Positions 23,133-36,655 of a stretch of 64,000 nucleotides of DNA are shown one piece after another. Origin of the DNA: Mobula hypostoma (Eukaryota); the NCBI RefSeq assembly GCF_963921235.1, contig NC_086100.1, forward strand, positions 123,504,001 through 123,568,000. Direction: 5' to 3'. How positions within the stretch are numbered: the stretch's first letter is position 1; every line of letters begins with the position of its first letter. A program made the translations under genes and the position numbers. A model generated the notes under the pieces. It was not told the DNA's origin. It saw nothing but the letters and a program-made list of their open reading frames with translations, and searched no databases.

Positions 23133-23965
23133 GGTCAGACCATAAGACGATGGAGCAGAATTAGACCATTCAACCCTGTGAGTCTGCTTCATGACTGGTC
23201 GGATTGTTCTTGTGGAAGCAGACAAAGGCCTGACTGGCTCAATGACAACTTTGCATGCTGTAATAAATAAGGATCTCGAAATAACTAATAGAAATTGTAA
23301 TGAAAACATGGAAATTTCTAAGGAAACTTTAGGGACTATACCAGTAAACAAAATCAGCCTTCACGTGACAGGCTAAATTTCTGTTGTTTCACTTATACTA
23401 GTTTTCAGCTGTTTACAATATGACAATGTGAATGTTTGAACTTCTGTTTTCTCTTTGCATGCATCTAATGAAGAACAGATAACTGATATAAGAACATGTT
23501 ATGGAACCTTTTGCCTTTATATTTGGGACCCAAGGATCACTGACAGCCACATGAGAGAAAGACAAAAACAACAATTTCATAATGTATCACATATTTTCCA
23601 AAATTTACACCAAACTGTATACCACTTTAATTCCTGTTTTGTTTTCTTGAAACTGATTCACCCAAAACACTGCATAAGGTTTTGCCGGGAACAGTCAGAA
23701 TACCTTTTGAATGGGATGCAGCCAGTACTCGAGTGATCCACAAGTGCCCTGAGACAAGGTTAAAGCAATAAGATGTAAAATTGTAAATTATATCCTTTGC
23801 AAAATCTGACGAAGATATAATGTAAACAGCATTGATGTTTATCCTGTGCCGTAGTTTCTATTTGCTGCAATCACGATAAGCTCAAACATTTATAACACAT
23901 ACATTACAGAAGAATATTCAGAAACGGTTACTTTGGGAGCCAATGAATCAATCTGTTGAAATGAT

Positions 23966-24188
23966 CAACACAAAAACAGAAAATGCTGGAAACACTCAGC
24001 AGTCAGACAGCATTTGTGAAGTGAGGAACAGATTTAAAGTTTTGGGTCAGTGATTTTTCAGCAGAATAACATCAATACAGTTCTGATGAAATACCATCAA
24101 TCTGAAATATGAATCCTGTCTCTCTCTCCCTCCACAATTACTGCCTGAACTACTAAGTATCATCAACATTCTATGTTTTCATTTCAGT
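23966..24188. repeat. Old degenerate palindromic repeat related to the hammerhead-bearing family
   Basis: AAAATGCTGGAAACACTCAGC arm and its reverse; central CTGATGAA...TGAAA at 24083-24107. Confidence 0.55.
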
Positions 24189-25734
24189 ATTATTAAATGT
24201 GCCCGCTTAATATTTTTATTGGTTGAGGAATATTGCTCAAAAGATGCTGATAAGGATGAACTTAATAAAATAAGCCACAGGTTCCAGCCAAAGTCTCACA
24301 CACAGGAGAAAGTCTGTGTTATTTGTAGTGGTAAAGGCTACTAAAGATTACTTCTAGAATCCTTCTACATTTGAGCTGGAGGTATTTGTCACAGCTTCTA
24401 ACTCGCAACCCACTGTTGTTCACTGAACATCACCAACCCTCTCTAATTAGTGAGAACTGACTACATTGGCGGACAACAGCAGACAAATCAAGGACCCAGC
24501 TTTGCAAAGCCTACAGGCATTTCTAAGGGGAAGTGTTGTTGATAAAACACAGGTAAGTTAATCTCATCTGGAAGAGGATCCTTTCTGTGAACGTCCAAGA
24601 AACAAATGTCTGTACATTACAGAGATCATTGCCTGGTTTTATAGAGAGTGAGTCTGGGGAATTAAAAACAGAGAATAATAAAATAGCAGAAGAATTAAAT
24701 TAATATTTTTGCCTTTGTTACAGAGCTCAGAAGTAACAATCTGGCAATAGTTGTAAATTGAGATTTGGACGGGAGTGAGGAAATCAGGAAAATTGCAGTC
24801 GGTGGGATGTGATACAGAGCCAATTATTAATGTAGTGGATGGACAGACCCAGGTTCTGATGAACTTCACTCAAAATTTTCAAAAAAGTTTCCAGTGAGAA
24901 GGTTGATAAATTGATTTCAATTTTCTAAAATTCCCTGGGTTCAGAGAATTAGGTGCGAAAACAGCAAATATAACTGGGGACACAAGACACCTCAGATGTT
25001 GTATTCTGGAACAAATATAAAACAAACTGCTGGGAGAGCTCAGTGGCTCAGTCTGCATGCATGAAGGCAGAGGAGGAATGGTCGACATTCTGGGTAGAGG
25101 CCATATGTCAGCACTCCAGTTTCTTGCTCCAGAAAAAGCAATTCCTTCACTTGAAAAGGGAGGGAGACAGAGAGCAGCAAACTATAGGCTAGTTAGTTTA
25201 ATATCTGTCACAGAGAAAATATTAGAAATTAAAGATATTGTAGCAGGAAACTTAGTAAAATTTAAGGTAGCATAGTTTTGTGGAAGCAAAATCATGTTAG
25301 ACCAATTTATTACGGGAGAAATATACATGTATAAATGTGGATAAAGATGAACCATATGATGCACAATACTTAGATTTCCAGAATACATTTGAAAAGGTAA
25401 CAAATGAAACTTTAATATGAAAAATAGAGCCTGACTTTTTGGAAGGTAACATTTTTGCATGGATAGAAAACTGAGTGGCAAAGAATAAACCATGAAGCAA
25501 AAATGGATCTTTTTCTGGTTGGCAAGTTGTAATGAATAACATTCTACTGCAGACAACCCCAATAAGCAGACACCGGGCCAGGTCCGGACAGCGAGAACCA
25601 AATGTCTGGACCGCGCTGACCCAATGGCACTTACGTAAACGCACTTGTCATAACATGTAAATAAAGCGCGCGCTACTCCCATTTATTTTAACCTCATCCC
25701 ACACCGTACACTTGACCATAGAGCGCATGATGCC

Positions 25735-27245
25735 AAGTTGATTAAAACGTGTGCAATTGATATGGTTGGCGAAGTTTTAAGTCATGATGAGAAAACCAAG
25801 AAAACGGTTGTGGAGCTATTAAAGACGGTGCCATTGCCAGCTAACACGGCAACAAGAAGAATAGAAGTTTTAGCGGAGGAGTGTTTTTCCAATGTACTCA
25901 CTGATTTGGAGAAAGCAGAAGCCATATCACTAGCCATAGACTCGTCCTGTGACCGAACCGATATGGAAGAGCTATCTGTGTTCGCAAGATTTTTTGATGG
26001 GAAGACCTTTCGGGAAGAGCTACTTTGTTTGCTTCCTCTGCCTGGGTGCACAACTGGGGAAATAATTTTTAATGAATTGACACAATTCTTTGAGAAGATT
26101 GGCTTGGATGTGAGCAAAATTGTGTCCGTTGTCACCGATGGGGCTCCGTCGATGGTGGGACAACACAAGGGCTTGGTAAGCAGGTTTGTCGCTGTTAACC
26201 CAGCACTCTTGGCATTTCATTGCATTATTCACAAATCAGTGTTGTGCGCCAAACTGTGTGGGAAAATATAAGAGGTGCTGGATAATGTGACAAGACTGGC
26301 AAATTTCGTTCGTGAGAGTTCTAGTCTGCAACATCGCCTTTTCAGAGCATTGCTGGAGGAAATGTCAGCGGAACACAAAGATCTTTTGCTGCATAATGAT
26401 GTTCGCTGGCTGAGCAAAGACCGTGTGTTGGAGAGGGTGTGTGACCTGCGCGATGAGCTTGTGCCATTTTTATCCAGCCTGCAGAGCCAAAAAGCCCAAG
26501 GATTTAAGAGGGTTTTAAGTGACAACAAGGTGATGGCACATATTCTTTTTTTGTGTGACGTCATGTCTCATATAAATCAACTTAATCTGCAATTACAAGG
26601 CAACAACCACACTGTTGCGGACATGTACGAGGCGATTGAAGCTTTCCGGTCAAAGCTGAACCTTTTGGAGCGAGTCATTCACGGGAGAAAGTTGCACTTT
26701 CCATGTCTGCGGGAGCATTGCGAGAAGAACGAAATGCAGGGGGATCCAGTGATGAAGGATTTCGTGACGAGCCTGGCAGAAAACTTCAGGGAACGATTTG
26801 AAAGCTCCCCTAAACTGTCAAGTGACATCTTCCTCTTCCTGAGACAGCCATTCTCCATTTCAGCTGACGGCCAGTGGACTGCAGAGGCCAAAAGACTGGT
26901 GCCTTCCATAGATGAGGCAACTCTTCAGATGGAGGTCTTGGAAATGGGAACATCTGATTTGCTCAAAGCACAACACAAGGACATCGGGGGAGTGACTTTT
27001 GGATCAATGTGGTTCCCCAAGCTCAATTCAAAAACACAAGAGCAATTGCAATGCTCCTACTCACACTGTTCCCCTCCACGTACATATGTGAGTCATCGTT
27101 TTCTTCAATGAACTCTATCAAGAACCAGGACAGAAACAGACTCTCCAATGCACATCCTGGCCAGTGCCTCAGGATTGCGACAACAGAATACAGGCCCCAC
27201 ATCAGAAGGATTGCCTCACCCCGTCACTGTCACTTCTCTCACTGA
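25735..27245 (+). pseudogene. hAT transposase (one stop near 26270, one frameshift near 26990, no BED finger)
   Basis: ORFs 25738-26271, 26275-27111 and 27009-27245. Confidence 0.88.
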
Positions 27246-27480
27246 TCGGTGGGTGAATCAATTTATTTTTGTCCATTTGTCAATCTTGTTGTGGTATAAT
27301 AATATTACAACAACAATAATACTGATAATTTCATTTATAGCCACACTTCATACTTCAAATGCTACATAGCTTAATTAAAAAGAACAAATAGATTAGATGA
27401 GAGAACAGAAACAGTGGAAACGGCAGTACTACTAAAATTCTTTGTGTGGAAGAGAAGTGGTGAGAACTACCATGTTTACA

Positions 27481-27481
<1 letters not shown>

Positions 27482-27541
<60 letters not shown>

Positions 27542-27545
27542 TGTA
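27482..27545. repeat. (TG)n microsatellite
   Basis: Seen directly. Confidence 0.98.
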
Positions 27546-27683
27546 TTTTAAGTCCCAGATGAGTTCTCAATATGACAGCTGACAGTTGTGATAGCTAGAG
27601 TCATAATTAAATGGTTGGTTTTGGACTTATTTTGTTTCAAGAGTGCATTTTTTTCTTTGAGAATCACAGGCCTAAATTAGTAA

Positions 27684-27728
<45 letters not shown>

Positions 27729-27765
27729 CACTACTACTACTATTACTATTACTACTACTACTACT
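27684..27765. repeat. (CTA)n microsatellite
   Basis: Seen directly. Confidence 0.98.
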
Positions 27766-28434
27766 AATGGTAATAGCAGCAACAACAACACCGGTCCATA
27801 AAACAACTTACCATAAAAAAAACCCTGGATGTTTTGGCCCTTGGCTTGGCACGCTTGATATAATTTGGTGCTTGTGGAAATCTAATGCGGGAACCCTGTT
27901 CTACTGGGATTAGTGGTGGGGCCTCAAATTATAATAATTTATATAAATTATTTGGATGAAGGTACCAAAGGTAGGGTTAATTTACTGTACTTTGCTATTG
28001 ATGTAAAAACTGGAAGGGAAGGAAATAGCAGTAGCAATATAAGCAGGGGTAAAAAAGGAAATAGATAACTCAAATGAGGGAGCGAAGATTGGGTAAAATA
28101 TTAAAAAGCATATTTACCCATTTTGTAAGGCAAAATAAAAATACAAGCCTATTATTTCAATGGAGAGGGACTGCAGAGCCCTATGATGCAGAGGGATCCT
28201 TGTGGCTATGTGTACAATAGGCCAGCATGGAGTTAGAACAAGTAATTAGGAAAGCCAATAGAATGCTATTGTTTATTGCAAGGAGAAAAAGAGACTGTAA
28301 TCTTGCAATGATATAGGGCATTGGGGAAACTGCACCTGAAGAACTATTGAAAGTATTGGTCTCCTTATTTAGAGAAGGATGTTATGCATTGGAAAGTTGA
28401 TATAAACATCTGAAATAGTGGCTTGTCTAAGAAA

Positions 28435-31400
28435 CTGGCAAATTGGTTTGTAATTGTCATATGTACCAAGATACAGTGAAAAGTTTGTCTTGCATATGGT
28501 GCATACAGATCAGTTCATTGCAATGCTATCCTTAGGCCAGGTGGAATGTGCTTTCAGAGTTTTGTATCTTCTGCCTGATGGGGGGGGGGGAAGGACAAAT
28601 AACTAGGGTGAGTGGGGTCATTGACCATGTTCTATTATTGACTGATGTTCACTCCTAGGAACTTGAAGCTCTCAACTCTCTCAACCTCAGCACCACTGAT
28701 GTAAACAGTAGAATGTGCACCACCCCACTTCCTGAAATCAATGGCCACTTCTTTCATTTTGATGATGTTAAGGGAATAGCGGTTGTCATGACACCATGTC
28801 ACTAGACTCTCTACCTCCTTCCTGTACTTTACCTCATCATTATTTGAGATAGGGCCCACTGCAGTGGTACCATCTGCAAACCTGTAGATGGAGTAAGAAC
28901 AGAATCTAGCCAGGCTGTCGTGAGTGTGCAGGTACTGAGTAGGGAGCTGAGTTTGCAACTTTATGTTGACGATAACTGTGGTGGAGGCATTGTTGCCTAT
29001 CCTGACTGATTGAGGTCTGTTGGCAGCGTCCAGTATTAAGGAGCTCCAGCACCCAGGGCATGCCCATTTCTCACCATAGGAGGTACAGAAGCCTGAAGGC
29101 ACACACTCAGTGATTCAGGAACAGCTTCTTCCCCTCTGTCATCTGATTACTAAATGAACATTGAACCAATGATCACAACCTCACTTTTTTAATATATATG
29201 ATTTCTGTTTTTTGCACTATTTTTAATCTATTCAATATATGTGTACTGTAATTGATTTACTTGTTTATTTATTATTATTTTTTCCTTCTTCTTCTTCTAT
29301 ATTATGTATTGCATTGAACTGCTGCTACTAAGTTAACAAATTTCACAACACACGCCGGTGATAATAAACCTGATTCTGATTCTGGTCATGAAGCCAAAGA
29401 TCCAATTGAAAAGTGAAGTGTTGTGCTCCAGGTCCGAGAGTTTGGAGATGAGCTTGGTTGAAATTGCAGTATTGAAGGCAGAATTGTAGTCCATAAAGAA
29501 TAGTCTGGCATAGATGTCTTTACCGTTCAGATGTCCTGGAGATGAGTGTAGGGCCAGAGAAATGGTGTCCACCATAGACCTGTTTCAGCAGTAGATCGAT
29601 TTCTGTGAGTCAAGATTATCTGGGAGGCTGGAGTTAGTGAGTGCCATGACCAGCCTCTCAAAGCACTTCAGGGCCACTGGACAGTAGTCATTAAAGATCA
29701 GAATCAGGTCCTGCTGGCAGCGGAGAAGAAGCTGTTCCTTAAGTGCTGAGTGTGTGTCTTCAGGCTCCTGTACTTCCTGTACTTGGTAGCAATGAGAAGA
29801 GGGGGTCCTTAATAATGGGTGCTGCCTTTTTGAGGCATTGCCTTTTAAAGGTGTCCTCAGTGCTGGAGAGGCTAGTCCCCATGATGGAGCTGGCTGAGTT
29901 TGCAATTTTCTACAGCATTTTCCGATTCTGTACAGTGGCCCCTCCACACTGAACAGTGATGCAACCAGTTAGAATGTTCTCCACCGTACATCTGAAGAAA
30001 ATTACGAGAGTTTTGGTGACATACCAAGTCTCCTCAAAATGCTACTGAAATTTAGCTTCTGACGTGCCTTCTCTGTAATTGCATCAACGTGTTGGGCCCA
30101 GGATTGATCTTCAGAAATGTTGACACCCAAGGTCTTGAAACTGCTCACCCTTTCCACTGCTGATCCCTCCATGAGGACTGGTGAGTTTTCCCTCGACTTC
30201 CCCTTCCTGAAGTCCACAATCAGTTTGTTGGTCTTACTGGCACTGAGTGCAAGGTCGTTATTGCAATATCACTCAACCACTCTATCTCACTCCTGTACAC
30301 CTCCTCATCACCATCTGAAATTCTGCCAACGATAGCTGTGTCATTAGCAAATTTATAGATGGCGTTTGAGCTATGCCTAGTCACACAGTCAGGAGTGTAG
30401 AGAGAATAAAACAGTGGGCTAAGCACGCATCCTGAGATGTACCAGTGTTGATTGTCAGTGAGGAGGAGATGTTATTTCTGACTCACACTGACTGTGGTCT
30501 CCCTGTGAGGAAGTCAGGGATCCAGTTGCAGAGGAAGGTACAGAGGCCCAGACTTTGAAGCTTGTGATCAATACTGGGTTATGATCGCTTTGAAAACTGA
30601 GGTGTCATCAATGAAAAGCAACCTGATGCTGTTGTCAAGGTGATCTTAGGCCGACTGGAGAGCCAGGAGATTGCATCTGCTGTAGACCTATGGTGGCAAT
30701 AGGCAAGTTGCAGCAGGTCCAGGTCCTTGCTTCGGCATGAGTTCTTTCTGGCTATAACCAACCTCTCAAAGCACTTCATCACAGCAGATGTGAGTGCAAC
30801 TGGGTAATAGTCATTGAGGTAGCTCACTCTGCTCTTCTCGAGCACCAGCATGAATATCATCCTTTTGAAGTAGTTGAGGAACCTCTAACTGCAGCAGTGC
30901 GCGATTGAAGATGTCATTGAACACTCCTGCCAATCGCATTTCAGTTGGCATGTTACCTTGTTTTTCTGAGATACTTGGATGATATAGGTCTTCTTAAGGA
31001 AGATGGGAACCTCAGGTTGAAGCAGGATGAACTTTAAAGTATCTGCAAATATTCCCAACAACTGTGCAGAGTTTAAGGACACAGCCAGAGACTCCATCCA
31101 GGCCAGATGCTTTCCACGGCTTACTCTCCAGAAGGTTGACCTTAAGTACACAAAGCTGACTATGTGGACACAGGTGCACCAGAAGCCATCGAGGTGGGTA
31201 GTGATAATACAATTCCTTTCTGTTCAAAATGCATTAACCTCATTGGGATGGGATATGCTATTGTTGGTGATTCTGCCTAACTTCAACTTGTAGCTTGTTA
31301 TAGCATGTAAGCCCTGCCACAACTGATGGCTGGTCCAGGACTCATTTTAGGTTGATATTGTCTCTTGACATTCCTGATAGCTTTGCAGGTGACTTACTTA

Positions 31401-31830
31401 GATGTCATGGTTTCAGCACAATGCCAAGACTTCTGTAAGGAGTAGATTTCCTGGTTCATCATGGCTTCAGCTTGGGAGCACCCAGATTGTCCTCTTTGGT
31501 ATACAATCCTCAACACATTTGCTGATAAAGTCCACATCTAGGCTGGCTACTGAACCTTTGAATATATACCAGTCTACTGACTGAAAGCAGTCCCATAGAA
31601 TGTTTATGTATTTCATCACACCAGCACTGAAGAATGGCGTTCTGTACTAGATCCTCATGTTCCAGTTTCTGTTTGTATGTAAGGAGAATGAGAAGAGCTT
31701 GAAGGTCTGATTTGCCAAAGTGTGGGTGGGGAGTGTGGGATGATTTTGTAGGTGGTTGTGTAGCAATTACCAGGGGTGTTCGGGCCCCTGCTAGGACAGG
31801 AAATATGCTGACAGCATTGTGGTATCACAC
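28435..31830 (-). mobile_element. Degraded Rex1/Babar LINE with two nested Rex1 copies (29075-29382 +, about 29697-30945 -)
   Basis: FADGTTAVG..W CHDN..K MKEVAIDFRK..FKFLGVNI, MDYNSAFNT, NDYYPVALTSAVMKCFERLV; GATTCT/AGAATC tails mark the nested copies. Confidence 0.8.
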
Positions 31831-31844
31831 AGGAAACGTTGAAT

Positions 31845-32240
31845 AGCCAAGGCTTGAATTCACTGGAATTCAGTCAAGTTAGAAGGAACCTGATCAAAAC
31901 GGAATAATATTGTGAAAGGTATGAAGAGGATGTTTCCATTTGTGTGGGATTCTAGAACTAGGGACTAATGTTCAAAGAAAATGGTCTCCCATTTAAGGCA
32001 CTGGTGAGGTAATTTTCTTTCTCTTAGAGAGTCAGGAAACTTTCGGACGCTTCTTCAAAGGACAGTAAAAGCAGAGTCTTTAAATAGTGTTAAGGCCGAT
32101 GTAGGTAAACATTGGTTGCCACTGGCAGATGGGAACACAAAACTGAGGTTATAGTCAGGTAAGCCACAATCTTACTAAATGCAAAGCAGGCATAAGAGGC
32201 TGACTGACCTATTCTTGTTCCTGACTTGTATATTTGTATG
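31845..32240 (+). mobile_element. Old CR1 3' fragment
   Basis: GAGGATGTTTCC..TCTAGAACTAGGG, similar to 8470-8510. Confidence 0.6.
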
Positions 32241-33164
32241 CACCAATATGTATGAATATCTGGTCATTTTTTTCAGTGAAGGGAGAAAAAATAAAAAAGA
32301 AAGAATAAATGTAGTTCTATATATGATTTCCATGCACATGGGCTGATCATCATGAAATGCAGAGAGGGTTCTTTTAGCTAATTGGTGTGAAAAGTATCGA
32401 GGAAGTTGAGTAAAGAAGCCCTAGTGCTTTATGTTTGCCAAATACTGTATAAAATGTAAGACCCTTTAAACTTCAATATGAGTGCTTACCTTACAAAGAA
32501 CCATGCAAAATACACCATGGAGCCAATTTTCATTCACTAAATTTATTTAATAGCAGCAGTAAATAAGAAGAGATTACATTTACATAGAGCTTTGTCAAAA
32601 CTAATAAAAACTTATTTTAGTTTGAGAATTCAGTATTAACTCTGCTGAAAGTCAGTTCCAATCTCAATAAGCATCATGTCCAAGGAAACCTAGACACTCC
32701 ACACACCCCCATCCATAACCCCAAAAAGCAATGCTCAGCCAATCTTGCAGTTATTGCCTTCTCAACAAAGAGTGAGCAAGATAATTTCCAACTTGTTTAA
32801 GTATTTAATTGCTTTCCTGGCGCTTGGGTAGCACGCAAACATCAAGGCTGAATTTCCTGCAATAGCCGCCTGCAATGGTCTGCAGCCCCCTGGAATCCCA
32901 CAAATATGTATACATATGAAATGCAACAAAAGCCATGCAGGGGACGCCTTGATGAAGGAAAGTGGCCAGGAGATGTGCAGAAGTGATGACAGCAGGATGG
33001 GAAGCTGAGAGGCTGGACAATTCTTCCTTTCACTGATTTCAAGTCTTCTTCGCAACCTGACGCAGCCAATCACAATTCCTTGCCTTGAGACGGAGGTGGG
33101 GATAGTCAGGAAATACCTTGAGCCAGAACCAAGTTGCTGGGTGTGATGCTCAGATGAGTAAGGA

Positions 33165-33967
33165 CCAGCTGGGAAAATGGGCTAAATTATGGTAGATGGA
33201 ACTTAAAGCTGACAAGTGTGAGCTGCTGCACTTTGGGAGAACAAACCAGGGTAAGACTCACACAGTTAGTGGTAGAGCTCTGTTGTGTGTGGTAGAACAA
33301 GGGTACTGGGAATACAGGTCCATAATTCCTTGAAAGTGGCATCACAAGAAGGTAGGCTGAAAACAGAGCTTTTGGCACATTGGCTTTCATAATCAGGACA
33401 TTGAATAAAGGAATTAGGATGTAATGTTGAAGTTGTTCAAGACATTTTTGAGTAAAAATTTTGAGTATCGAGTGCAGTTCTGGTTATCTACCTACAGGAA
33501 GAAATCAGTAAGATTGAAAGAGCGCAGAGAAAATTTACAAGGATGTTGCCAGGATTTGGGGACGTGAGTTATAGGAAAAGGCTGATAAGGTTATGACTTT
33601 ATTCCCTGGAGCGTAGATGAATGAGGGGAGAATTGATAGAGGTATACAGAATTATGAAGTGTATCAAAAGGGTGAACGCATTTAGGCTTTTCCTCCTCGG
33701 GTTGGGTGAGACTACAACTAGAGTTCACAGATCTAAGGTGAAAGGTGAAATATTTAAAAGGAATCTGAGAGGGTACTGCTTCACTCAGAGGGTGGTGCTA
33801 GTGTCAATTATAACATTTATGAGAAGTTTAGATAGGTACATAGATGAGATTAGTATGGAGGGCTATAGTCTGGATACAGGTTGATGGGATTTGACAGAAA
33901 ACTAGGCCAGCACAGATTACATAGGCCAAAAGACCTTTTTCTGTGCTATAGTGCTCTATGATTCTAA
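33165..33967 (+). mobile_element. CR1 3' fragment
   Basis: MRGELIEVYRIMK..FTQRVV; tail TGTGCTATAGTGCTCTATGATTCTA. Confidence 0.85.
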
Positions 33968-34789
33968 TATTCCAAGAAGCAGAGATGACACCTGTCTCCC
34001 AGACAACCTCTGGAATTCCAACTTCATTCTTGATATGTACAGGTGATCAGTCAACCTACACTCTACCTGATTACACCAAGAACCGCACCATGCTGTACTG
34101 GGAACTGTAACCTCACACTCGGAGTGACCAAATAAAGGGTGAAAAAAATCAGGATGAATAGCACATTGATTAGGAAAAGAGGCAAAGTCCCCAACATTTG
34201 GGTGATCCTGGAATCTGACCACACTACAGACAGGAAGCAATAGGATGAGATACAAGAGGAAGAGGATAAGAAAGGATAGCTGACCTAGGCAAGATGACAA
34301 TAAACAAAAACCCAATTCTCCATTTGCAGCACCCTCCAGTTTATCTTCCCCTTTGTCGCTGACTAATGCAGCTTCAATTCACTCAGAACGGAAAAATGAT
34401 CCTTCGCCAAAACAAACATCCCAATCAAAATCAAACTAGGCCAAATTTCAAAGAAACAAAAATTGATCAGCCCCTTGATGTTGCTGTTCACATTACTTTG
34501 CCTGTTCCTTCCGATCCTTTGCAGTGCTGCCCCAGCTACCAAATAGCTGCTGACAGACTACAAGCATTCAGAAAGAGTTCATCTTGAAGGAAAACACCAA
34601 TCACCCCTGGTCCTATAAAAGCTGGCTTTGGACTGCACTCTCTCACCATGAGGGGTGGCAGCCAAGCCTGACTATGTGCAGAATAGGCCCTGGTAGTACA
34701 GCAGGAGAGTGCTGGCTGGGGGGGAAAGAAATGATGTCAGAGTTGAATTTTTACCCAGAGAGCATTAAGTATATAGAACACACGGCCAG

Positions 34790-34966
34790 GGGTGGTGGTA
34801 GATGTAAACACATTAGGAACAGTTGAAGGACTTTCAGATAGGATGAAGGAAAATTGAGGGCTGTGTGGGAGGCAATTTTTAGATTAATCATGGAATATGT
34901 TAAGGGGTTGGCACAACATCATGGGCCAAATAGGATGTACTGTGCTGTACTGTTCTACGTTCTATG
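34790..34966 (+). mobile_element. CR1 3'UTR fragment
   Basis: GGCACAACATCATGGGCCAAA..TGTGCTGTACTGTTCTACGTTCTATG. Confidence 0.65.
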
Positions 34967-35734
34967 ATCCCAGCACACTTGACCTCCACTGCAACGATCA
35001 CATGTTAGGCAGTTTCCATTCACATTGCACTGGACACTGAGACATTGGGTGTTGTTTTTTGTTATAGGTCATTAGTGAGGAAATGTACATGGACTATCAC
35101 TCGGGAAGGAATGGACTTCAGACAGTACTTAAAGTCAGCTGCAAGTTTAGAACTAGACTTCACCAGGACATTGACGAGCTTTGATGCTGAGGATTACTTG
35201 AGTGTCTGTGGGTTCTGAGATGGTTGAGATGAGGCCCTGGAGGAAACCTCCTCCACTCCTCCCTCCCCAACCCCAGAATCTGACAGAGGCAGAGCAAGAG
35301 TGCCTGACAGGATGGGTGAATGTGTGGTTTGGGAAGTGGGGCACTCCTCCTGCTAGTTATGCTGGGCTCCTGCCTACTTCTGATCAAATGACCAAACGCC
35401 TTCAGTCCCATCTTGAATTCTTCTTCTCCACTTGAAGAGATCAAAGAGATCACAATCATGACTTGATCAGGATGTTTAACTTTCTCAAGAAGGCTTTGAG
35501 CACATCCTTGAATCATTTCCTCTGACTTTCCAGTAATCCCTGACAGTGATGAAACTCTATTTTAGGATCCTAGTGTCTGGCATGTGAACAATGTCGTCTG
35601 CCCATCAGAGCCGACTGAAAGTGATTAAGGCCAGGAATTCTGACCTAGGAGAGGCTGTTGACACTGGCCTGTTTATTTTGCCTGACAGGAGGAAGAGGAT
35701 TGTGAAGCCGTAAGTGAGTATATTCAAGATAGAT

Positions 35735-36655
35735 TTACTTTACTTTACTTTATTGTCATCAAACAATTGGTTCTAGAGCATACAATCATCACAGCGATAT
35801 TTGATTCTGCACTTCATGCTCCCTGGAATACAAATCGATAGTAAATATTAAACATTTAAATTATAAATCATAAATAGAAAATAGAAAAATGGAAAGTAAG
35901 GTAGTGCAAAAACACCGAGATGCAGGTCCGGATATTTGGAGGGTACTGCCCAGATCTGGGTCAGGATCTGTTCAGCAGTCTTATCACGGTTGGAAAGAAG
36001 CTGTTCCCAAATTTGGCCGTACGAGTCTTCAAGCTCCTGAGCCTTATCCCGGAGGGAAGAGGGAAGAAAAGTGTGCTGGCTGGGTGGGTCATGTCCCTGA
36101 TTATCCTGGCAGCACTGCTCCGACAGCGTGCGGTGTAAAGTGAGTCCAAGGATGGAAGATTGGTTTGTGTGATGTGCTGGGCTGTGTTCACGATCTTCTG
36201 CAGCTTCTTCCGATCTTGGACAGGACAACTTCCATACCAGGTTGTGATGCACCCTAGAAGAATGCTTTCTACCATGCATCTATAAAAATTAGTGAGGGTT
36301 TTAGGGAACAGGCCAAATTTCTTTAGCTTTCTCAGGAAGTAAAGGCGCTGGTGGGCCTTCTTGGCAGTAAACTCTGCTTGGTTGGTCCAAGTCAGGTCAT
36401 TTGTGATATTGACCCTGAGGAACTTAAAGCTTTTGACCTGTTCCACTTGCGCACCACCGATGTAAATGGGGTCGTGCGGTCCGCTACTCCTTCTGAAGTC
36501 AACAACCAATTCCTTCATCTTGCTGACGTTCAGGGATGGGTTATTGTCTTCGCACCATGCCACCAGGTTCTTAATTTCCTCTCTGTACTCTAACTCATCA
36601 TTACCCGAGATACGGCCTACAATTGTGGTGTCATCAGCAAACTTACATATTGAGA
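35735..36655 (-). mobile_element. Rex1/Babar LINE 3' portion, relatively young
   Basis: Open 200-aa ORF 35961-36563 (WCEDNNPSLNVSKMKELVVDFR..KKAHQRLYFLRKL..NSFFPTVIRLLN); (AGTAA)n tail. Confidence 0.9.

Larger units (their letters stand above)
25550..27898 (+). mobile_element. hAT DNA transposon, Charlie/Buster (GTF2IRD2/ZBED5-like), N-terminally deleted
   Basis: 8-bp TSD TTCTACTG (25542-25549, 27899-27906), CAG..CTG ends. Motifs SLAIDSSCD, VTDGAPSM, FHCIIH, HNDVRWLS, FPSTYICESSFS. Confidence 0.92.
24690..28430 (+). mobile_element. Old CR1 fragment split by the hAT insertion
   Basis: ANYRLVSLISVTEKILE before the hAT; CR1-like RT nucleotide sequence resumes after 27899. Confidence 0.6.

Noticed and set aside
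24450-24557. Plus-strand exon ending CAG/GTAAGT
   Set aside because: The open frame is preceded by a stop codon and has no convincing acceptor.
27611-27913. Poly-Leu membrane-protein ORF (and the HT-repeat ORF 27355-27570)
   Set aside because: These are translations of the (CTA)n and (TG)n microsatellites.
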